This document shows, one piece after another, positions 25,736-35,378 of a DNA stretch of 64,000 nt (position 1 is the stretch's first letter; each line of letters opens with the position of its first letter). The notes beneath the pieces were generated by a model that did no database searches, was not told the DNA's origin, and was given only the letters and a program-made list of their open reading frames with translations. The DNA comes from Diadema antillarum (Eukaryota), in the NCBI RefSeq assembly GCF_040938485.1, contig NW_027271267.1, forward strand, positions 434,001 to 498,000. The letters run 5' to 3'. The translations under genes were made by a program, and so were the position numbers.

Positions 25736-27279
25736 TATATGATTTTTTTCGCCTGCCTTTTATCTCTCAAGTTCATGTAATGCCACAGTAAATGCACATT
25801 GGAATGTTTACAAGGAGCCATCTATAACCAGTTCCAGATGTTTTCTCTCAAATACTGTTCATCATCAAATCTCTCAAGCAGCTGTTATATGCACAATATG
25901 ACCTCTCACAGCTGGCTTCGAGTATCTCCTATTTATAAAAATACCAGCGCTTTTACACTGCAAAATTTATGATATTGGCCTATTGAATTATTACCATGCT
26001 ATACAAATGCTACAGGTTATTAAGTATACAAGTCTTATAAAATATCAAAAATTACCTTGTACTCACATCTTTGCATTTAAACTCGGTTTGTAGATGGGCA
26101 TACCTATCTGTATACTAGTGTAATCGAGGAAGAGAGAATCCAGCTAAGAGTAATTTTTCTGCATCACATAATTCAAAACATCACAACTTTTGTACCTTTC
26201 ACTAAATTTTGCTCAGGTAATTCCAAATTTGATCTCCCTGCCTTTCTGCCTCAACTCAGAACAACTTCCAGCTTGGGGCTCCATCTCATTTCAATGTCAG
26301 CACGTGACAGAAGTTTAACATCAGTACATTAATGCAAGGTAATGGTCAGTTATTTTAGCAGTTTGGTACATGGGTGTAATCCCCTATCAACTCATACTGC
26401 ACTACCAGTATGATCAAAGACTTAATGGCAACATTCCCTGTATAATGTTTTTTCCAACTATCCAGTGGGACATATGAGATGTACTTTCTTAAGAGATGTA
26501 GTTTCTTCTGACCTTACAGTGTCCCTTTAATAATGATTTAAAAAAAAGCAAATTAGTCCAAAATACTGGTACAATATTTTTTCTTATTGAGTGAGATTAC
26601 CTTTTGCTTCACCTGAAACCTCAAAAACTTATCTTGTTTTTCCAATCAACATCCTAATAATAGACGATTTGCTTCTTTTCATGCAATGTCAATCGTGTGA
26701 TTAACAGCGGATGGCAGCATTAGGCATGCACAAAAACGACAAAAAGCACCACAATCGCATGCTGTTTCATAGTCTACCCATATGATAGGGTACCTTGGTT
26801 GTTACTATGGCAACAACCTCACCTCGACTGATGGCATCCCGCATCACAAATTTACAATTAAGAAGATATATCATTCCCATGATCTTATGCAGCGTTGGTC
26901 CCCAATTCATACACAAAAATAACAGCATTCAGATGAAGAAAGTGCATGATTTTGTCCCATTTTGTTTTTTCTTGCCTGTGTGACACCTGACTGGCTTGTC
27001 GAGTGCACAGTGTCACATGACCTCTGCTTTTTAGACTGGAAATGAATGTTTACTGCATCCACCATGTCACTATTCTTGAAATTGTTTGGTACCTCTCCGC
27101 AGCTCCAATGAGTTTATGCAAGGAAGAATCACAGGCAAAATGCTCCTTTTTGGAATTGTATGTTCACAGTCAAATAACAGCGTGCTGAGATTTGATTTTG
27201 CACATGATTGATCCTAAGTCTCCAATGTAAATGGGGCCATGATTTTGAGACATGCTGCGGCTGTCCATATAGCCTTCTC

Positions 27280-30200
27280 TCAAGTCTTTTCAAGCTCTTC
27301 CAGGGCTGTCATCATGGAGTTGATGGTTTCTTGGAGCGCAGACTGCTTCTCCTTGAGAGCGTTCATGACATCTGAAATGCAGAGACAGTGAAAGAAGGAA
27401 AATGTAATTCTGGTACAAGTAAAGACTATCATTCATGCCTTTCTTAAAGAAAGAAACCAGAAACATTGATAGTGCTCCCACCATCCAACCCCTTTAAACA
27501 TGAAAACAGGAATGATGATTTTATATTCTCTGAAATCTAATTATGATGCAAATATGTGGAAACATTTGGAGAATCACATAAGCTATGTTCAGTTCATCAG
27601 GAGAATGGCATTATTTGCTTTTAGATGACTGGATGTTGGCACATTTCTTTTTTTGATATGTGATTCTTTTTTTTCCCCAAACAAAATAGATAGTACAGTG
27701 CTCACCACTTAATCACAAGGGGTCGGGAGACAAGTTTTTCTCCCGTTTAAGCGGTGCTCCCGCTTAAGCGATGGCCGGTATTGGCCCGTGCAAACCACAC
27801 AACATGAAGTCCAGTATGTGGACATTACATTAAACCATGCACAGTTATCAAACCTGAGGTTAACCACAGTGACAAATACACACACGCTACGACACGCAGA
27901 CACAAAACAGCGATAAGAAAGGACATGGCAGTCTTATGATTTTGGCAAATGCATTATCGGAACAAACCTCCATTCATATGATCCACAAAATAACCCAGTT
28001 TTTTATTTTTAGAGTTGAAAATACATACTGTAAAGTTTTGTGTATAGATGCACCCTTGTATAAGACGCAACCCAACTTTGGGACTTCAAAAAAAAAAAAA
28101 TGATTAGCGATCGCAAGGACAATTTGATGGGATGGTGCAAGAGGCAACTTGGCTTGAGCAGACTTTCTTCTTTTGATATCCCTCACCCTGGCCCGATCCC
28201 ATGAATGACAGAGAAAAACAAAAACACTGCAATGATTAAACAACAAACCACTTGCTAGCAGCCATGCAGGTATCTCATGTAAGTAGAAGAATAAGGGAAA
28301 AAAAAAACCCAATGGTAGATAGAGGGAAACTGACAGTCTGACACCCAGCAAGCATGCCAGCCACCTGGCTGGCCAGGCTGAAAGGAATCTGCGTACACAC
28401 GCTTGTAGATTGCATGGATGGGGCCCTGGGAAAGGGGCAATTGATGTAATCTCAAAGTTGAAGTTTCACACAGTGCACTGCATGTTTTGGCACGCACACA
28501 CAGTGAACTGTGTGTGTGTGTGTGGCGTGTGTTTGTGGGGCACACACAGTCACACATGAGTTGGCAACAGGGCTAAGAGGGAAGAGAGCTCAGTCTCTCA
28601 GCTAGCTACGTCTGTAGCTGGCTGGCCGGTGAGATCAGTGGACTTGATCGGTGAAAGTGCGTGGGTAGAGGCTTGATAAGATGACGCTCAATAAGACCGC
28701 CTCTAGACTGTGCTACGTCTCACTGTCTAGGGTCTAATGGTAAATGTTTAGACTGCAGTCAGCATAATCTATTGGGAACTGGTGAGAAAATAATCCTTTC
28801 TAATTTTTTCCAAGGATTAATTTATTATTTTCACACATTAATACACAGACAATGGAAGTGTTTCAGCCAGATTTGTCCCGTTAAAGCGGTTCATGGTTCC
28901 GATAAAGCATTGGAAATAACACGTGAAAATTTTGTTGCATCAAGTTTTGTTGCACTTAAACAGGTTTCCCGCTAAAGCTGTTCCTGACTAATGGGTGAGC
29001 ACTGTAATACAAAATGAAGTGATACATTGTTGCATTAACACAGATGCAGAGGTAAACAAAGAAAGCTATGTTTTGATGAAATTGTTGAAAAGAGGAAATA
29101 TAACTACCAGTAATGCATTTCATCATAAAGATGACCCTACAAGAGAGTTTGTCCTCCAGTTACAACTCTGTTGAAAATGAAAATGATATACTACAAACAA
29201 CAAGTCAATACATCAGCACTTGGCTTCTAAGTTCTAACTCACCATGGATATAATCAGGATTGTGGTGGAGCATCATACAGATTTGGAAGGACTTCTCTGT
29301 TGGTTCTGCATACTGGAGGCCAGTTTCTCCGGCTCTCAGTTTGGACTCCCATTTCTCCCGCAGTATCGCTGCTTCCACAACCTGCAAGAATGGGGGAGGG
29401 GGGCATGAGGATGGTTCATTCCACCAAACAACTTTCCTGCAATCATTTGATTAGAAAGTGATGAACATGAAGTGATCAATGTCTACTCATTTCCCGCTCG
29501 GGCGAGATGGAGCAAGAAGTTGAACTTGTAGGGTACGCGATTTTCATCGTAGTATCATCTTTTTTTCTTTTTCTTTTTTTCTGGTGGTAACCATACACAC
29601 TTGAGTTTTTTCATAAGTGGATTTTCCTGATGGAAACATACATTATACTTTAGATAATCTAGAATTGTCTAGGAATTACAGGGCAAACTTCATCAACATC
29701 CATGGCAATAAGAATTTACGTACCAAAACGAGGTGAAATGGAGTCTTCAAGCAACCACAGCAAATAATGTCAATATGGACGGTCCACGCGGTCATTCAAG
29801 AGTCATTTTTTAATCTAAATTTGAATGAATTAAATTCAGACCTGATCTGATAATGATATTATGAAAGTCCCCATTAGCACTGATTTGGAGGGGGTTCCTC
29901 ATTCCTTTTCAAATAAACTGACTTTGAAATTGTCTAGCAAATGTCTAGCATATTTGCAGTCCTATTCTGTGCTAATAAAGTTTACCGTAGTTATGGGTAA
30001 ACTCGGCCTAGCGGGTAAAGTCGGCCGCCAGCGCGCACAGTACATAAAATTGTACTGTGCGCGCTGGCGGCCGACTTTACCCGCTAGGCCGAGTTTACCC
30101 ATAACTACGGTACTCCTCCTCTAAAGGTATGAAAGGTTTACACAGATGTTCTGGAATTTTTTCCAATCTGTGTACAGTGTAGATCTGTTTCTATTCGATG

Positions 30201-30529
30201 CCGTGCAACGCCCCGTAGCCAAGTAGGCGTAGCAGCAATGATGACCCAACCCAAGGCGCCCTACTTGAAATGAATGTTTATCCATCCCCAGACATGGACC
30301 ATGCCATGGTACACTGCGCTCTGGTTGAGTGTGAGTAACATGAAGTTATACTAGTGGGACTATTAAATATGACCCTTACCTTCGAGAGCTGAATGATGTC
30401 GCTCTGTAATTCTTTGACAGTGGCTTTTGTACATTCTACTTGACACTGAATTTCTGCGTGTTGCTGCTCTAAATCTGATATGTGGATAAACGTATCAACA
30501 TCATCGCAGTTCTGGCAAATGGGATCCAT
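27280..30529 (-). CDS. Uncharacterised small coiled-coil protein, 3 exons, 126 aa
   Basis: complement(join(30380-30529, 29243-29381, 27280-27371)). Canonical donors (AAG|GTAAGG, ATG|GTGAGT), pyrimidine-rich acceptors, phases 0 and 1 match, start context GGTATGG. Protein: MDPICQNCDDVDTFIHISDLEQQHAEIQCQVECTKATVKELQSDIIQLSKVVEAAILREKWESKLRAGETGLQYAEPTEKSFQICMMLHHNPDYIHDVMNALKEKQSALQETINSMMTALEELEKT. The start codon could lie further upstream (in-frame ATGs up to 30646). Confidence 0.72.
27694..29006. mobile_element. 1.3-kb non-autonomous Tc1/mariner-type element
   Basis: TA-CAGTGCTCACC ... GGTGAGCACTG-TA termini, subterminal TCCCGCTTAAGC/TCCCGCTAAAGC motifs, no transposase ORF. Confidence 0.65.
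29983..30112. repeat. Perfect palindrome (62-bp arms, 6-nt loop), probably a TA-flanked MITE
   Basis: Arm 29983-30044 is the exact reverse complement of 30051-30112; termini TACCGTA...TACGGTA. Confidence 0.9.
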
Positions 30530-31082
30530 ACCATCACGTCCTTTGGTCTGATTCCGCACTTGTTTCGTATACACGGCTCGTATTCGTACATTGCGTGTGT
30601 AAAAACATATACAGTTTGTACGTAGATTATGCATGATCCACCCCATCTAGATCTAACGTACACTCACACGTACACGTACGTTATATGGTGCATCTGTGCA
30701 GTACACTGATCTTGTGTCGCGCACACACACTGGAGCTCTATCTAGTCTAAATATTCCAGTGCTTAGTCCAACAGAGTCTTCGAAATACTGGTAGGTGATT
30801 TGTTCCAACTAATAACAGGTATATCAGATACAGTATACATGGTCTTTCATCTACTGCCATACATCAGTGCTGAAACATTGATATTTTGAATGTGTTCAAC
30901 ACATAAATATAAATAACCTCACGAGTGGTCAGAGTGCAGCTAGTGCCAATGGATTTTTTTTTTTATTCCACATAGAGTGCTCAGTAAACAAGACTAACTT
31001 CAGACGAGCGACACCTCCTAACTTTGGGCCAATGAGATGCTCGAGTCCTGCACACTGCAGTGTCACACGCGCGTTCCGAATG

Positions 31083-31120
31083 TTTGAAGTTTGAAGTTTG
31101 AAGTTTGAAGTTTGAAGTTT
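31083..31120. repeat. (TTTGAAG)x5 tandem repeat, possible 3' tail of a decayed antisense LINE
   Basis: Perfect 7-mer repeat followed by TTTATT; the tail interpretation is inference. Confidence 0.6.
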
Positions 31121-31692
31121 ATTTGAACAATTTCTAACGACCCCTTTCGGAGTATGAGAAATTTACAATGTCTTTGTAACAGTAAAATACAACCAACATG
31201 ATGTTACATATATACATACATGTACGAACAAATATAATAATCATAAAGTAAGTACATTGAAAACACGATGCAAAGGGATGCCTGACACAAAAAGGACATC
31301 AAGGCACCCATGTACACCCATATGTGTGTATATACTTTATCATACATGAAACATGTATTCATATGATTATGCATGTACACACATACAACAAAATTTCCAG
31401 GTCCAGAAGACCTCGCTGTAACAAGCTACCACTGTAGTTCTGTCGTGTACCATATTTTTAAACAGTCGTGTAAAAAGAAAAGGTGGTGAGTTCTAGGGTT
31501 GTAGTAAGTAGGCTATAGATCTGTTACTAGCTTTCAAAATTCAGCTAATCATTTGACAACTACAAAGATATCATTCCATTTTCAAAATATATGGATTAAG
31601 TATTCGGGCATATATACAGTATATGGTAAGTGGAAAATGAGATCATGAATTTTTAGATGAATACCAAAAGTGAGGAATTGAATAGTTACGAA

Positions 31693-32243
31693 TACAGTCA
31701 AAACGGCCACCTGTCTATAGCAGCCACTAAAAAATCCCCCAGTGAAAACCCCTGTTAAAAACCCTGTGTATAGCGGCCACATGTCTATCGCGGCCAGTGG
31801 CCACAAATATTGTTTCCCGCGGTAGATTTTAACCTGTCTATAAGCGGCCACAGACCCACATGGAGCCGTAGCCGAGCCGATAATTTAGCGTGTTTTTCTG
31901 CTTTGTAGCCGTGCCATCACCGTGGGCAAGGTTCAGTGATCGCCACCGCTGCATTCATCACTCATTCAGTCATAGTAAATGCACCAAGCTTTCTTCACGA
32001 CTGTGCACATGCTAAGATGTGCAACAACTTAATAAACACCGGCATTGTTCAATGCATGAAAAACACATGTGCCTACGTACACATTGTATACATGTAAGTA
32101 CTCTATGTATTATACAACAATGATACATGTACATGTAGACAATGCACATAAAAGTCGGATAACCTGTCTATAGCGGCCACCTGTCTATAACGGCCACTCT
32201 TTTCGTTTCCCTTGGGTGGCCGCTACAGACAGGTTTGACTGTA
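31693..32243. mobile_element. About 550-bp Tc1/mariner (pogo-like) MITE with subterminal repeats
   Basis: TA-CAGTCAAA ... TTTGACTG-TA termini; several ACCTGTCTATAGCGGCCAC repeats near both ends. Confidence 0.75.
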
Positions 32244-32681
32244 CCTGTACACAGGTGTATACAAGCTTTCTCTTGGAGCCGGGTGTTTGGATGGTACCTT
32301 TTCAGATACAGAATATAAACAACCACCTTCTTGTCATTTTTTTTTCACTTTCCGTCTAGACTGATCTAGATTAGATTACAAGAAGTAATGCTATTGTGAC
32401 ACCAAATGCATACGTTTCCCATTTATATTCGGAAAGTGTGCAATTCCCACAGATCACATACAGCACAATGTCAACCCGCCTCTTTGTGCCCTTTTTAGGA
32501 TCCGAGGAACGTTTGTTTTGTTTTGTTTTGTTTTGGGGTTGTTGCTGTTGTTACTGTGGGGGGGGGGGGGGTTGGAGTGGCGCATGTGGTTGGTTTGGTC
32601 ACTAATCAATGTTCCCACCCCCATCCCCGTTCGATTGGAAGAATCTCGGGGCTGTATTATTCACTGTCATGTTTTTTCTCT

Positions 32682-32723
<42 letters not shown>

Positions 32724-32833
32724 TGCGTTTTACTTAATGTTTTTAAGTACGTGATGTAGTGTGCTTGAGTGAAGTGAAGCCCTCACATCCCCCGCCCCCA
32801 CCCCCTTCCACTTCGCTTGCCTTTGTTATAGAC

Positions 32834-32965
32834 CAGGAGCGGATCCAGGAATTCCGTAAGGAGGGGGCGCATTCACAAAATTTCTCTTTATTTTTTTATT
32901 TCGACAAAAAATAGGGGGGGGGGGTGTGTGTGCTCCCGGTGCGGTCCTCCCTGGATCCGCCACTG
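32834..32965. mobile_element. 132-bp GC-rich MITE
   Basis: TIRs CAGGAGCGGATCCAGGA / CCCTGGATCCGCCACTG, with TAGAC direct repeats on both sides. A related GCGGATCCAGGAATTC end occurs at about 2517. Confidence 0.7.
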
Positions 32966-33139
32966 TAGACCACCAATAACTCTTGACCACCACATTCTCG
33001 TGTGAATTCATGGTCATTCACAAACTCTCATGACCATAATCACGGTGTAAATAATTTTCCCCTTCTCAAATTGCAGGAAAATGTCCACTGTGTCTCGAGT
33101 GTAGGACCGGTGCAGTGCAGTAATCAAATCAAATCAAAT

Positions 33140-33173
<34 letters not shown>

Positions 33174-34619
33174 TAAAAAAAAATAGAACATCCCCCAGAG
33201 AAATATTTGTGATATTCTCCCTTCATTACCTATAGCATTGTCTGTCTGCTTGTATGTTTGCAAAAATAATCAAAAAGTTGTAAATAGATTTAGCTTAAAT
33301 TCAAAGTTGATAATGACACAAGAAACAGATTATCGAATTTTGGTAGTGATCTGGGTCACCGTCTAGATCCAGGATTGTTTTTGTTTGTTTGTTTGTTTTT
33401 TCTTAAAGGAATCGTTGTCATTGGCGAATAGGGCCAACAAACCGATGGAATTCAAGTCTCTATAGCTCGTATTTGATGTGTGCATTATAGACGCGCAGCG
33501 GCAGGAAGCGCAAGCTAAGGAAGACTGAGAAAATATTTAAAAAATAAAAATCTCTATCAAAATTGTCATTGTCATTGCCAATGTCATTGAGACACTATAG
33601 AAAGGCTTCTTTGTCATTGGGAAAGTGGGCAATTTTCAGCATGTGTGTCCGTGGACGAGTTGCTGGGCGGAGGTCTGTGTGCAATCGAGCTCCGAGTGCC
33701 TATTTAGTTTTGTCAAGTAGCCGGAATATATTCCCAGTCTGTCCACAGTACCAAATTTGTCAACATGGACTAAAGTCATCATTACAAATTCTGTACAATG
33801 TACAAAGATCACATTGAGAACTACATCTCCCCCCCCCCCCAACAGCTCAACCTGCGGGATCGAAAACGAGTACATGAGGATGGTTATTTGATTTGTACCA
33901 ATGTAATGATTTTAGAAACTGATGAATTCATCAATCATGTGAGCAAGAAGCTAAGATTCCCACCCCACCCCATAACTTACACGCCACAATGAATATGTAT
34001 AAGACTGCCGCGTCGTCACAGTCTATACTAGCCTAGCCTATCAAATCAGACACACATTCGAATACGCGGGCGATGCGCTCATAATTGCCGGACGCACGCG
34101 CAGTTAGTAGTAATCGCAAATCTGGGATATTAATTATTGTCCCTGTGTTTTATTATGTATGCATGGCTATGGATATGGGTGTGTAGCTAGGTCGCCCCCG
34201 GCTCCCTTGGCCTTTTTGTGCGTTTAAAACATACTGGTATAAGTAGGCCTATACTGTATTATATACCTCATATATAGATTCCTCTCATCTGATTGGTTAA
34301 AAGTGGAGTCATGAAAATAGCTGTGCCACATTTTTGATCAAAATGACGTCATGATTTACTGTGCCCGGGGCATAGAATCAACTGTCCTGTAAATAGGTTT
34401 GGAGCAAAGAGATTAATCTCTTTGGTTTGGAGACAGTCGCAACCCCGTACACATAGATCACTCATTATGTACGCACCAATGATACGACCGCCGCGCTGTC
34501 GATCAGCGTTGATTACGAGTGCTGTAAAAGAGACTAGAATCTATATTTTCGGTATCTCTATTTCGGAATCTATATTTTCGGTATCTATATTTCGGAATCT
34601 ATATTTTCGGTATATGAAA

Positions 34620-34784
34620 CAAATAATGACAGCTTGATATTCGGGGCACAGTTAGAATTATGTAGGCCCTCGGTGATGTGAAAACCGTAACTATGCCCTC
34701 AACTTCGCTTCGGGCATAGTTATGGTTTTCACATCACCTTGGGCCAATAATTTTAACTGTGCCCCTCATAGCAGTCATTATTTG
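34620..34784. repeat. Long imperfect hairpin (about 75-bp arms) at the end of a palindromic element
   Basis: CAAATAATGAC..GGGGCACAGTTA..GGTGATGTGAAAACCGTAACTATGCCC, a 13-nt loop, then a near mirror image. It is preceded by about 5 copies of ATCTATATTTTCGG at 34539-34612. Confidence 0.85.
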
Positions 34785-34830
34785 TATGATAGTGCCTAGG
34801 CTTGCATGCATGCTCAGCTCAGCAGATGCC

Positions 34831-35044
34831 CCTGTATAAGCAGTTATTTTCGCGAGGGTTTAATTTTCGCGAATCAATGTTGGACCGCGAATTTAACAAC
34901 ACCCGAAAATGACGCCCATGTGCTGGTGTAATAGTGCACTTACGACAGCTTTGTGTCAGTTCGCGAAAACAACATCTCGTAAAAATGTCCATGATCTCCT
35001 CATTCCTGAAAATATCTGTACGCGAAAATAACAGCTTTTTGTTA
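34831..35044. mobile_element. MITE with GTTATTTTCGCG / CGCGAAAATAAC inverted ends
   Basis: Inverted terminal motifs and repeated internal TTCGCGA motifs. Confidence 0.55.
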
Positions 35045-35052
35045 GTGATCAT

Positions 35053-35179
35053 CGGGCCGCGTGTTTTTTTTTAGACGGTAACCCTAACCCTAACCCTAAG
35101 CCTAACCCAACGTGTTTCCCATAGGTTTAATACACGCCATGCCCCAATCTGTGCCGTCTAAAAAAAAAAACGCGGCCCG
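35053..35179. mobile_element. Small foldback element containing (TAACCC)n
   Basis: TIRs CGGGCCGCG-T-run-AGACGG / CCGTCT-A-run-CGCGGCCCG enclosing about 4 telomere-like TAACCC units. Confidence 0.7.
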
Positions 35180-35378
35180 GCCGTGCGTTACTAATGTTGC
35201 ATGCATGCTCCATATCCATGCGCGTAACACGTGCATGCACGCACGCCGGTCAGTACAGTCGAGTCAGGTACGTATATTTGCGCTTGTTTTATTGCGCTGG
35301 TCTACATGGTATGGATGGCCCGGCTAGCTTAGCTCCTCTCTAACGTTAGCTCTAAATTTCATTGTGAAAAGTTTCAAA

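Noticed and set aside
27280-30529. Resemblance of the small protein to SYCE3 (SDL and NP..M..L motifs)
   Set aside because: Only a few residues match from memory and a large insertion would be needed, so no name is assigned.
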